Shown: positions 1 to 10,674, numbered from the stretch's first letter. The stretch: DNA of 64,000 nt from an uncultured delta proteobacterium (GCA_963708295.1 CAVPSJ010000001.1:66747-130746); one strand, 5' to 3'. Notes: generated by a model not told the origin, from the sequence alone. Numbers and translations are program-made.

Positions 1-342
1 CTCGAGGCCATAAGGGGTCGAAACGGTGACTTGATGATTCTCTATTACCTTGGAAGAGGGTATCAGGAAAAAGGGAATTTTGCTCAGGCTCTTCCGCTCT
101 TCTTGAAAGTTCAGAAGGAAAAGCCCGAATTCACTGATATCTATTATCATCTTGGGTCTGTTTACGGGAGAACAGGACAGAAGGGACTTTCCCATTTCTA
201 TTTTGGAAAACATTTCAAATTTAAGCGGGAGAAAAACAACGCTCTCCTTCATTTTAGAACAGCCATCGACGGGTTGGAGAGGGGGAGTCTGGAGAGAGAA
301 GAAGCCCAGCGAGAGATCAAAGAGCTTACGTCTCCTCAATGA
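1..342 (+). CDS. Tetratricopeptide repeat protein, C-terminal part (5' end outside window)
   Basis: TPR-like helices (YYLGRGYQEKGNFAQALPLF; YYHLGSVYGRTG); stop at 340-342. Confidence 0.65.
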   Translation, partial: LEAIRGRNGDLMILYYLGRGYQEKGNFAQALPLFLKVQKEKPEFTDIYYHLGSVYGRTGQKGLSHFYFGKHFKFKREKNNALLHFRTAIDGLERGSLEREEAQREIKELTSPQ

Positions 343-466
343 GTTTCGTGGAGTGATCTTTCTGCATTCTCCTCGATTCATGAGATAAAGATCGGGGGTT
401 TTCCAGGGGGGCCACGGGAAAAAGGGTCGGACGAACAGAGAGGCGAAAAAATCAAGAGAAGAAACG

Positions 467-3124
467 ATGAACCTTAACCAAGAGCTTTCGATCCTCAATG
501 CGATCAGCCAGACCGTCAATCAATCCGTCGACCTGGATGAGATTCTGAATAAGAGTGTAGATAAAATGATGGACATGATTAGCGTTCACCAGGTCCGCAT
601 CTACCTCTTAGACGAGAAAAGCAACGATTTGGTGCTGGTCGTGCATCGCGGGTTTTCCAAGAAGTTTCTGGAGACGATAAAGCGCAGGAAGCTAGGGGTG
701 GGTGTCACCGGAAAGGTTGCTCTTTCCGGTCAATCGATCTTTATGGAGGACTACCCCAGTCATCCGGAGGCCCTTGCCCCGGCGATTAAAGAAGGGCTCA
801 AATCCGTGGCCGTCATTCCTCTCAAATCGAGAGACAAGATCTACGGGACGTTGAACATTGCGAGAAAAGAAGTGTCGGAGATCGCATCATTTGAAAAGAA
901 CCTCTTCGATTCGATCGGGCAGATTATCAGCGGCGCCATGGAGAGGACTTTTCTCTATACGGAGAATGTCAAACGTCTGGAAGAATTGAGGACTCTCTAT
1001 TCGATCAGCCAAGAGATTGCCTCGAAGCTGGAATTAAGAGTGATCCTTCAGAAGATCATGGAGAGCGCGGTCGCGCTGTTGGGTGCGGATTCGGGGAGCA
1101 TCGCCTTGTGGGACAATCAAAAGCAGAGTTATGGAGTTGCGTTTGTCCATCGATTACCTGACTCATTAATCGGAAAAGAATTTTCCACGCCCTGGCCCGG
1201 CGTGATTGGGGAAGTGATTGTCAGGAAATCCCCCGTCCTTTGGAAGGACTATGAGCACCATCTCAACCGAGTAGAGGAATTGGATTCCTATCATATCAAG
1301 GAGGTGGTGGGTGTCCCGTTGATCGTCAGAGAAATGATTATCGGCACGATGGTCATCGGCTCCTCAGATCCGGAAGTGCATTTCCAGCAAAAAGAGGTTG
1401 ACCTTCTCTACAACTTTGCCCACCACGCGGCCGTTGCCATCGGGAATGCCAAACTCTACGAGGATTCTTTGGCGAAGATTCGACAATTGACTACCCTCTA
1501 CGAGATTGGAAAGACCCTTTCCTCGACCTTGGACCTTGACGATCTGTTCAAAAAAGCGCTCGAGCTCCTGAAAGATCGTTTTGGTTACGCCGCCTGCAGC
1601 ATTCTCCTTCTGGATAGACCCAAGGATGAACTCTCTGTCAAACAGGTTACCGGCAGGAGCCTTGAGGAGGCCAAGAAATTGAGATTCAGAGTTGGAATCG
1701 ATGGAATCGTCGGGTGGGTGGCCAGAGCCGGAGAACTGGTTTATGCTCCCGATGTCTCGAAGGACTCCCGATATATTTCCGCGGATCCTTCCATCAAATC
1801 GGAGGCCGCGTTTCCTCTCAAGGTGAGAGACCAGTTATTCGGAGTCTTAAACATCGAGAGTCATGAACTCTACGGATTTGATGAAGAAGACTTGAAGACC
1901 CTTTCCTCCTTTGCAAGCCAAATGAGTATTTCCATCGAGAATGCGCAGCTCTTTTCCGATCTAAAACAAACGCTGCAAGAATTGAGACAGGCACAGGACC
2001 AGGTTGTCCAGGCTGAGAAACTGAGGGCCATGGGGGAATTGGCCAGTGGAGTCGCTCACGACTTCAATAACGTCCTGGCGGTCGTCCTGGGAAACACCCA
2101 ACTCCTCCTCCATCAACTGGATCGCCTTGGTTCTGAAGAAATTCGCCAAGGCTTAAAGGTCATCGAACGCTCCTCCATGGATGGGGCGGAGACCATCCGA
2201 AGAATACAGGAGTTTACGGGGGTCAGAAGAGATAGGGAATTCATTTCCCTCTCCCTGAACGATATCGTGACAGAGGTGGTGAACGTCACTCAACCTCGCT
2301 GGAGGGACCAGACACAAAAGAAAGGAATACAGATCGAATTGACGCCCCGGCTCGGACAGATTCCTTTGATCATGGGGAATCCTTCCGAGATGAGGGAAGT
2401 GCTGACCAATATTATTTTTAACGCGGTGGACGCGATGCCCAAAGGAGGCAAACTGACGATCGCCACACAACCCCAGGCTGAGGATTGGGTGGAAGTGAGG
2501 ATTGAGGATACAGGCATCGGGATGACGGAGGAGGTGAAGAAAAGGGTTTTTGACCCATTTTTCACCACAAAGGGTGTGACGAATTCCGGGCTGGGAATGA
2601 GCGTTTCCTATGGAATCATCAAACGTCACGGAGGGGAAATCTTGATCGAAAGCGAACCAGGCAAAGGAACGACATTTATCCTTCATCTGCCTACGGGATA
2701 CGGGGAGCAGCAAGCCCTTGTCAAAGAAGCCGCCCTTTCCAAGGAGTGGCGGCGGGCACGGATTTTGGTAATCGACGATGAGGATTCCGTTCGAGATATT
2801 CTCTCCCGGATGCTAAAGACCAAGGGCCATAAGGTGGTGGCGGCCTCCAACGGCGAAGATGGGATCGAGCGATTCAAGGCTGAACCCTTCGATCTGGTCT
2901 TCACCGATCTCGGAATGCCAAAATTGTCGGGATGGGATGTGGGAAAAACCATCAAGGGGATCAATCCGAAAACCCCCGTTGCCATGATCACGGGATGGGG
3001 AGTGGAATTGGATAGAGAGAAGTTGAACGAAAGTGGAATCGATCTCGTCATCTCAAAACCTTTCAATTTCGATCAAGTGATCGATCTGGTCTCCGAAGCC
3101 ATGGAGCTGAAGGGAAAGATCTGA
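467..3124 (+). CDS. Hybrid sensor histidine kinase (3 GAF domains, HisKA, HATPase, receiver)
   Basis: H-box GVAHDFNNVL, N-box NAVDAM, G1 DTGIGM, F-box FDPFFTTK, receiver LVIDDE...FTDLGMP...ISKPF. Confidence 0.93.
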   Translation: MNLNQELSILNAISQTVNQSVDLDEILNKSVDKMMDMISVHQVRIYLLDEKSNDLVLVVHRGFSKKFLETIKRRKLGVGVTGKVALSGQSIFMEDYPSHPEALAPAIKEGLKSVAVIPLKSRDKIYGTLNIARKEVSEIASFEKNLFDSIGQIISGAMERTFLYTENVKRLEELRTLYSISQEIASKLELRVILQKIMESAVALLGADSGSIALWDNQKQSYGVAFVHRLPDSLIGKEFSTPWPGVIGEVIVRKSPVLWKDYEHHLNRVEELDSYHIKEVVGVPLIVREMIIGTMVIGSSDPEVHFQQKEVDLLYNFAHHAAVAIGNAKLYEDSLAKIRQLTTLYEIGKTLSSTLDLDDLFKKALELLKDRFGYAACSILLLDRPKDELSVKQVTGRSLEEAKKLRFRVGIDGIVGWVARAGELVYAPDVSKDSRYISADPSIKSEAAFPLKVRDQLFGVLNIESHELYGFDEEDLKTLSSFASQMSISIENAQLFSDLKQTLQELRQAQDQVVQAEKLRAMGELASGVAHDFNNVLAVVLGNTQLLLHQLDRLGSEEIRQGLKVIERSSMDGAETIRRIQEFTGVRRDREFISLSLNDIVTEVVNVTQPRWRDQTQKKGIQIELTPRLGQIPLIMGNPSEMREVLTNIIFNAVDAMPKGGKLTIATQPQAEDWVEVRIEDTGIGMTEEVKKRVFDPFFTTKGVTNSGLGMSVSYGIIKRHGGEILIESEPGKGTTFILHLPTGYGEQQALVKEAALSKEWRRARILVIDDEDSVRDILSRMLKTKGHKVVAASNGEDGIERFKAEPFDLVFTDLGMPKLSGWDVGKTIKGINPKTPVAMITGWGVELDREKLNESGIDLVISKPFNFDQVIDLVSEAMELKGKI

Positions 3125-3522
3125 TGGTCCGGGCGATCGATCTTAACACCTTGGCGAATTCGGCCCGGCAGGATGCGACGGCATCCACCACGCAGGCAAC
3201 GATGCCTGCTCCGTGGTCGATGATCCTGCGCACCATGTTTCCCAAGAGGGCATGGGCCGTGCGGTGAAGACCGCAACGAGCCATCACGAGTGTCAGGTCC
3301 TCACCCGCTTTGTCCTCCGCCGGATGCATTCTGGTGTGCTCTTGATCGATTCTGAAGCTGACCTGGTCTCAATCTGGTGAGAAGTGGTCCCGACATCGAC
3401 TTATCCATCTCCGAAACGCATTCCCGACGGGACCCCGTCCTTTAGGATCTTCCATTTGACCGGAGCGTGCCCGCGGGGCGAAGGGGTACCCGATGAATGG
3501 TAACACTTTGCCGGGAGACCGT

Positions 3523-5791
3523 TTACTTTTTCATCAATCGATAGGTGAATCCCACTGAAATCAGCAAGGGGACCACGCCGAACAAAATGAAAATCGCATC
3601 GGCTGGCAGACGAATCCATTCAATCAGGGTCGTGATCCGATCGTCCAAAAACTCAGGACCTCTTGCATGCCAGTATCCGTTCTTTAACACATCAAGAAAC
3701 TGAAGCACTCCCCCGGGGAAAAGATTTAGAACGACCATTCCTGCCAGACCTATATTCAATCCCCAGAAGGAGACCCGGATATATTTCTCCACTTGCCCCC
3801 ATCCTTCCTCCGTCAATACCTGTCGGATGGCGAATACCATAAACGCGACGGAAAACATTCCGAACACGCCCATCATGGCAGCATGGCCGTGATTTGGGGT
3901 GAGGAGGGTGCCTACTTCGAAGTAGCTGACGATGGGCAGGTTAATGAGAAATCCAAATATTCCCGCACCGACAAAGTTCCAGAATCCGACAGCCATCATG
4001 AAATAAAATGTCCACTTGTGAGGAATAGAGATTTCCTTGCCGCAAATATCACATTTTCCTTTGGACAATTTAACAAAATCCCAGGCGTCCAGTGTCAGAA
4101 GCGTCAGCGGGACAACCTCCAAGGCAGAAAACATTGCGGCAAACGCCATGGTGACATTCGACTGTCCAGTCCAATACCAGTGGTGCGCCGTACCGATAAT
4201 GCCTCCCCCGAGGAAGAGAATGGCATCTAGGTAGATGACCCGAGTAGCGGTTCGGCGAGTGACCATTCCCAGTTTGTAGAAGAGGACGGCCACCATCGTG
4301 GTGACGAAGAGTTCAAAGAACCCTTCGACCCACAGGTGGATAATCCAAAACCGCCAGTTGTCCGCCACGGTATAGTGGGTTCTACCGGTGAAAAACAAGG
4401 CAGGAAGATAGAAGAGGGGAATGGCGAGCGCGGCCAGCAGGAAAAGGGTGGAGATCTCGCGTTCTTCCGGATTTTTTCTGGCGGGGCGACTCGCTCTGAA
4501 TATCAGCGCGAGCCAGAGGATCAGGCCGACCGCGAGCAAAATCTGCCAGGCGCGGCCCAGGTCCAGGTATTCCCATCCCTGGTGTCCAAACCAGAACCAA
4601 AGTTTTCCCAGAAGTTGATAGACACCGAACATCTCGCCCAACAGACTGCCAAAGACAACAACGACCAGCGCGACAAAGAGAACGTTGATCCACCGGGTCT
4701 GACCTTTGGGATCTCCTCCGCCCAATATGGCGGCGAGAAATAGACCTCCTGCAATATAGCCCGTAGCTATCCAAAAGATGGCTAATTGCAGATGCCAGGT
4801 GCGGAAGATGTTTCCAGGAAAGAAGGAAGATAAATCGATGCCATAGAAACTCCCTGGTTCTGCACGATAGTGGGCGGTTGCCCCCCCGACAAGGGTCTGG
4901 GCCAAGAACAACAGGGCAACGACGGCAAAATACTTTATCGTTGCCTTTTGGCTTTCGAGAACCGTCCCGGGGGACATTTGAGGATGGATATGTTCGCCTG
5001 CGCCTTTCCAGCCGAGAAAATTGAATTTGCCGAAGGAGAAGAGAACGACGGCTGTGCCAGCGAGAAGAGTGATCAGGCTCAAGGCGCTCCAGAGAATCGC
5101 GTCACTGCTTGGCGTATTTCCGACCGTGGGATCATAAGGGAAATTATTTGTGTAAGAGAATGTTCGGCCGGGGCGATTCGCCGCGGAAGCCCAGGCCGTC
5201 CAGGCAAAGAAAGCGGTCAATTGCTCGACCTCTTTTGGATCCTTGATATGCTTGACCAGCAAGCCTCGGTTTAATGCAGGCCGAGACAGGTAGTCCGTCC
5301 ACTTTCCCACTTGACTTCGATAAGACGATAACTTCAGGAGGTGTGAAGATCAACGTGTGAGTCTGCGGATTGTACCGATTCTGTTTCAACAGTTGCCGGA
5401 CTTCACCCTCGATGGCAGCCTGCTCGGCCGGCGAGAGGTTTGCCCACTGGCGCTGGTAATACTGTTTTGCAAGGTGGTTCCTTGCATCGACGGCAAGCGT
5501 GTGGAGATAGTCAGCGGAAAAATCAGGTCCGAGATAAGCTCCGTGTCCCCAAATTGTCCCATTCTCCATCAAACCATATTTCAGGAAGACTTCTTGGCCA
5601 GACAGAATTTCCTCCCGGGTAAAGAGGGTCTCGCCTGACGGACTCACCACCTTTTCCGGGATGGGAGGGGCATCGTGGTGGGCCCGGACGGCCATCCAGA
5701 TTAAAACGGCAAATCCTATGACCAGGACGATGATGACAGACCTTCTCCACCAAGGAGAGAGTTTTTCGGAAGGACTATTTTTATCTACCAT
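3523..5791 (-). CDS. norZ: Quinol-dependent nitric oxide reductase (qNOR), split by a 1-nt frameshift near 5330
   Basis: ORFs 5144-5812 and 3523-5310 join on removing one base (...PPEVSSYRSQVGKWTDY). Motifs WGHGAYLGPDFSAD, HLWVEGFFE, GTAHHWYW, NHGHAA. RBS AAGGAG before ATG 5791. Confidence 0.9.
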
Positions 5792-5812
5792 TGTGTTCTC
5801 CTTTGTCGGCAT

Positions 5813-6258
5813 CTATTTCTGCAGCTGCCGGGGATACTCGGTAAGGATAATCGGTCCTTTTTGGCCCACCACCACGGTATCTTCGACCCGAACACCCCAT
5901 GGACCTGTGTACAACCCACAGTTACCCACAGCGATCACGACACTCGTTTTCAGAGAGGGGTGGCCTTCTCTCCAAAATGCTCAAAATTGTGGGCAATGGA
6001 GTGGATCATTCCTACTTCGTCATCAAAGCCAACGATGTGATCAAAGTGCGCGAGGTTGTCTTACGTCCTGACATCCGTTTGCGGAACGCCCAAAGCCACC
6101 TTCCCATCCTGAGTGATCATGGCATAGGCGCATAAACGTCCGTCTCCTGTAAGGTAGAACATATTGGAAGGCTTGGTAAGCAAGAGGACGGTGAGGCCAG
6201 CCTCTTTCATCAAATGGCCGCATTTTCTTAGGCGCCCCGGGTATTGTTGATCAGACAT
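5813..6258 (-). pseudogene. Xaa-Pro (M24) peptidase remnant with large internal deletion
   Basis: N-terminus (LLTKPSNMFYLTG) joined directly to C-terminus (GVRVEDTVVV...ILTEYPRQL*); internal stops; catalytic core absent. Confidence 0.7.
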
Positions 6259-6317
6259 TTCTAAGCCTCCTTTAAATCCCCTCACCCCCCTTTATACACT
6301 GGGGTGAAGGAGGATAA

Positions 6318-7590
6318 TTACTTCTTCCCGGTTTTCTCACGCATTTCTGCTGCCATTTCCTTGATCTCCGTCAGATCCCTCTGCATCTCGCTCCAGCCGT
6401 ACCAGAGCGCAGTAATCCGGGTTGGCATGGAAAGTCCCCTGGAAGGCCCTCATCCGATGTTCAAGAAACATGACGAAAAGTTTTTGTTCAATCACTGTTG
6501 GAGCATCATGAAAGGTGAGCAAATCCGGAAATGGATAAGCATAGTTTTTCGGTTTGGGAAGGATACCGCCCTTGTACAGGCCGGCCACCGTGAGGATGGC
6601 TTCAGCCATCAGGCGATCCGCCTCTTTGATCATCTGGTCGCCTTTTGCAAGCTCTCCTTTGGCAAAATTAGCAGAATGGCATTGATTGCAGGTCTTGATC
6701 ATCTTATCCCGTTCTTTTTGCCAGTCTTCCTGGGTCAGCCGGGCCACATCGGCAGCCTTTACAACATCAAGCCGTCCGGTGGGTTTTCCGTCTGGATCGA
6801 GTACACCGAGTCCCTGAAGGATAGTTGCACGGTCAGCCGCCCATTGTTTATCCTCTGGCATCGGAAGTCGCACAGCGAGAAATCCCCATGCGGTTCGTAC
6901 CTCATGATTCCCTTCTTGCATGTGGCAAGTCTGGCAGGTCGGGGCTGCAACGGCAGAGGGAAGCAGGTTGATTTGTTTAAGCAGGGATCGAACTCCATGT
7001 TTTGATCCGGAGTACATCTCCCATTGTGGATGGTCGAAGCCCATGTGGCAGGTTTGGCATGCCTGAGGTTGCCGTGCTTCCTGAACGGAGAAAATATGCC
7101 GGGTATGGCACGCGTCACATGACGCCACACCAAATCCTGCCCCTTTTTTTCTCAGCTCTCTCATATCGGCCTCGGCTTTTAGACCGATCTTATGGCACCC
7201 TCCGCAACCTTTCATCCCTTCGGTCAACTCCATCGGTTGCCAGTGTATGGTTGGCATCGCTTTCATCGCTGCCCAAGCGGCTGCATGCTTTCCGTTCTTG
7301 AATTGTTTTACTCTCTCTGGATGACAGCCACCACAGGTGTCAGGTGTCGGAATCTGAGCCCTCGGGACATCCACCATCGTTTTGTGTTCATCAAAATGGC
7401 AGGTAATGCAGGAAATCTTGTTTTGGCTGTGTTTGCTCAGTTGCCAATCAGAAACGATACCGGGTGTGACCTTCTTGTGGCATTCCACACACACCTGTGC
7501 TGAAGCCGCTGACACCTGGGCTGAAGCGGCCGAAACGAAGACCCAGCTGAGAACAATGATAAGCGTTGTTCGAAATGTGATTCGTCCCAT
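6318..7590 (-). CDS. Octaheme cytochrome c, hydroxylamine oxidoreductase (HAO)-like family; 1-nt frameshift near 6411
   Basis: Signal peptide, 8 CxxCH motifs, CHMGFDHPQWEMY. Corrected C-terminus HANPDYALWYGWSEMQRDLTEIKEMAAEMREKTGKK*. Confidence 0.85.
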
Positions 7591-7758
7591 GTTTTTCTCC
7601 TTTTAAAATGGTCTTCACCTTGAAACTATGGTAAGAGCGCAATTATAGCTATGGGGTCTATGACTTATTTTTGGATGAAGAAACCCGTATTTTTCTACCG
7701 ATGCATCGTAGAATTGTGGAGCTGACTGACTCGTCCTTGTCAACCATCACGAATTTTA

Positions 7759-8000
7759 GGTAGTGGGTCAGTTTCCGCCCGCAGAAAGGAGCCGAGGGTG
7801 GCCTATTCCTCCTCGCGTTTCAGAAGGGCGGTTGTATTCATAGGTCCGGGGGATGGTCCTTCGTGCATTCCACTGATGATCTCATGACTAAGGATGTGAG
7901 AAGTCTTTCAACAAAGAAGGAAGCGCCCCTGAACCGCTCCGGGGGACCAGACCCCCCTCGGCTCCGTATGGGCATTCGCGACCCAAACTGACCCACTACC
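7759..8000. mobile_element. 242-bp MITE with 16-bp terminal inverted repeats and 8-bp target-site duplication
   Basis: GGTAGTGGGTCAGTTT (7759-7774) / AAACTGACCCACTACC (7985-8000); flanking direct repeat GAATTTTA (7751-7758, 8001-8008). Confidence 0.9.
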
Positions 8001-8200
8001 GAATTTTACAGGGACTTTCTTACCATATTCTTACGCTTTTTTTCGGAAGAAGAAGGGTCTCAAATTCCTTTATCAGTTACCTTCATCCAACCAGGGTGGA
8101 CGAAAGATCCAAAAGCGGTATAGCATAACAATTCTCCCGGCGGGCAGATTTATTGAAATTCTCGCTGAGAATGATTAACTATTAAGAAAAGGAGGGGGAA

Positions 8201-8827
8201 ATGGAATTTAGCAAGAATTCGCTCATTGTATTGTGTTTTTCAATACTTCTGGTCTTTGGCTGTGCAACCACTCAGCAGAGGATTCCAATCGATATGACCT
8301 CGGTACCGCCTGGCACACAGGTGACCTTTAAAGGGAAACCGGTTCATCTTCTGGGTTCACCCATTGCGGTTGGAAAGCCGTTGCCATCAGTCGAACTGGT
8401 GGACGCAATGAGCATGAACAATGTCAATCTGTCACGGGAGAGAGGTTCCGTTCTTCTCTTAAGCATTGTGCCATCCCTGGATACCAAGGTCTGTGAAGCA
8501 CAAACCCATTATTTGGGAGAAGCGGGGCAGAGGCTTCCGAAAAGTGTTAAACGGATTGTCATCAGTCGGGATACTCCCTTTGCGCAGACGCGCTTTGCCA
8601 AAGAAGCAAAACTGACGAACCTCGAATACTTGTCAGATTACAAGCAAGGAGATTTCGCACGCTCCACCGGGCTCCTGACAGAAGGGCTCATGCTCTTTGC
8701 AAGATCAGTGATCGTCGTTGACAAACAAGGGATTGTCCAATATATCCAGGTCGTTCCTGAAATGAGTCATCTGCCCGATTTGGAGAGAGCTTTTGCAAAG
8801 GCCAAAGAGCTGGCCGGAGAGGGATAA
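8201..8827 (+). CDS. tpx: Thiol peroxidase (Tpx-type peroxiredoxin), lipoprotein
   Basis: Lipobox LVFGC; active site VPSLDTKVC; ISRDTPFAQ. Confidence 0.85.
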   Translation: MEFSKNSLIVLCFSILLVFGCATTQQRIPIDMTSVPPGTQVTFKGKPVHLLGSPIAVGKPLPSVELVDAMSMNNVNLSRERGSVLLLSIVPSLDTKVCEAQTHYLGEAGQRLPKSVKRIVISRDTPFAQTRFAKEAKLTNLEYLSDYKQGDFARSTGLLTEGLMLFARSVIVVDKQGIVQYIQVVPEMSHLPDLERAFAKAKELAGEG

Positions 8828-8974
8828 AGGAGTAAATACAGCATTTTTCGCCGTAAAATACATCATTTGCCCTATTTATTTCCAGGCGGGTTGTTACTAT
8901 TCTTATAGGAACGAGTGAGATGCCGGTCAAGAGTGAATGGGCTAGATTAAAAACGAAGGAAGGAGGAAGCTACA

Positions 8975-9334
8975 ATGAGAAAGATAATGATTCTGGGCGC
9001 GGTGCTCAGCCTACTCATAGTAATGAACATTTTCGCGGTTGTTCATGCGCAATCGGTGACGGTGAAAGGAGAGGTCATCGACACTTACTGCTATGCCTTG
9101 ATGGGAGCCAAAGGTGAGAGTCATCGACAGTGTGCCATTGATTGTGTCAAAGCCGGTATTCCTGCTGGCCTTCTTGAGGAGGGAACCGGGAAGGTTTATG
9201 TCTTGCTGCCAAATAAAGACAAAGCAGGATTGCCTCAAGGAGTAATTGATAAATTGGGGCGGACAGCTTCGATTACTGGCAAGGCCTATACCAGCGGCGG
9301 AAGCAACTTTTTGACCGTCGAGTCGATCCAGTGA
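8975..9334 (+). CDS. Exported small Cys/His-containing protein of unknown function
   Basis: RBS AGGAGG; signal peptide (..VHA/QS); GEVIDTYCY...HRQCAIDC...G. Confidence 0.7.
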   Translation: MRKIMILGAVLSLLIVMNIFAVVHAQSVTVKGEVIDTYCYALMGAKGESHRQCAIDCVKAGIPAGLLEEGTGKVYVLLPNKDKAGLPQGVIDKLGRTASITGKAYTSGGSNFLTVESIQ

Positions 9335-9822
9335 TCCCTATGCTTGAGAGTCTTCTTCCAGGAGTGCAGCACCTTCAGAATATCCACCCGTTGGTGGTTC
9401 ATTTTCCCATCGCATTCTTAACGGGTGCAGCACTCTTTTATTTTTTGTCCTGGATTTTCCGAAACCAGACCTTTGGGACGACGGCTTTTCTGTTGCTCAT
9501 CCTCGGGACACTCTCTGCGGGAGCTGCGGTGGCCACGGGGCTTTATGGGGAAGAGGGGGTCATGGTCTCCCGCTCCGTGAGGGAGCACCTCTTAGAGGCC
9601 CATGAAGAGATCATGCTCGTGGCACTCGGAGTGAGCGTTGTCTTAGCCGTGTGGGCATTGATCGCGCGGCCCTTTCCGATAAAGAAGAGATGGCTCTTTC
9701 TCTGCATATTTCTGGTGTTGTTGGGGGTCATGACCGTGGGTGCTGATTATGGTGCGCGGATGGTTTACGATTACAACGCGGGCGGAAATGCCTGCTCCCA
9801 GCCCATCGAATTTAGCAAGTGA
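9331..9822 (+). CDS. DUF2231-family membrane protein
   Basis: HPLVVHFPIA motif, 4 hydrophobic segments, GARMVY; GTGA overlap with upstream gene. Confidence 0.75.
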   Translation: MIPMLESLLPGVQHLQNIHPLVVHFPIAFLTGAALFYFLSWIFRNQTFGTTAFLLLILGTLSAGAAVATGLYGEEGVMVSRSVREHLLEAHEEIMLVALGVSVVLAVWALIARPFPIKKRWLFLCIFLVLLGVMTVGADYGARMVYDYNAGGNACSQPIEFSK

Positions 9823-9891
9823 AAGGATCGATGAATAGGGACCCGTCCCATGGTCAATGACCATGGGATATCAACCATGAATCAATGACTG

Positions 9892-10521
9892 TCAGCTTTT
9901 TACTGTGAAGAACTTCTTGAAGGCTTCGTATTTCTTTGCTCCGATCCCTCTCACGTTTCTTAAATCTTCAACGGACCGAAATCCTTTTCGTCTTTCCCGG
10001 TAGGTGATCATCTCTTGGGCCAAGGATTCGCCGATCCCTGGAATCAAACAAAGATCCTCGACGGACACACGATTGAGATCGAGAGGGAGGGAAAAGACGA
10101 GCAGTTTATTGGCGGCCATCCGGCCGATTTTAATCTTTATCTCATCCCCCACACCCTCTTTCTGTCCCTCCGTTGCGAGGAGAAGGGGAGGGGGGATTTG
10201 GGAAGGTTTTCTCGTGACGGTGAGGAGAGTTCCTGTCTCCAGGATCGTCGATGATGAAGTCGGATCAAATTGGGCAGTCTCCTTCAGGCCTCCCGCCTTT
10301 TCGATCGCCTCCTTCAATTTGGGTGGATTCTGGTAAAGATAGACTCCAGGCTGACGGACCTCTCCAGAAACCTCAACAACGACTTCTTTGATGGGATCTC
10401 CCGAAGGAGTGGAAGGAGGGTAATCATAAAACTTGAAGGCAAGGCTGCCGACAAGAAAAAGGGCGACCCCAAAGAGAATCCATTGCTGACGAACAGAAAA
10501 GTATTTTAAATAGGAACACAT
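9892..10521 (-). CDS. comEA: ComEA-family DNA-binding protein (SLBB + helix-hairpin-helix)
   Basis: VSGEVRQPGVY, AIEKAGG, IPGIGESLA, VRGIGAKK. Confidence 0.8.
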   Translation of the reverse strand: MCSYLKYFSVRQQWILFGVALFLVGSLAFKFYDYPPSTPSGDPIKEVVVEVSGEVRQPGVYLYQNPPKLKEAIEKAGGLKETAQFDPTSSSTILETGTLLTVTRKPSQIPPPLLLATEGQKEGVGDEIKIKIGRMAANKLLVFSLPLDLNRVSVEDLCLIPGIGESLAQEMITYRERRKGFRSVEDLRNVRGIGAKKYEAFKKFFTVKS

Positions 10522-10674
10522 CCCATTTTTTTCTCAAAACTTCCTTTGCCGGGGTGAGTTTTGTCCTCATGGATGTCTCTTCGGGGACATTTAGCGTGGC
10601 GCGTTCTTGAATCAAACCTAATTTCAATCATACAGCATTCCAACAAGATTCTTTCATCAACGTGGGATAGGTCC

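Noticed and set aside
3523-5791. qNOR as an NO dismutase (Nod)
   Set aside because: Active-site motifs are canonical (GTAHH, ALEVVP); the His-to-Asn and Glu-to-Gln changes described for Nod are absent
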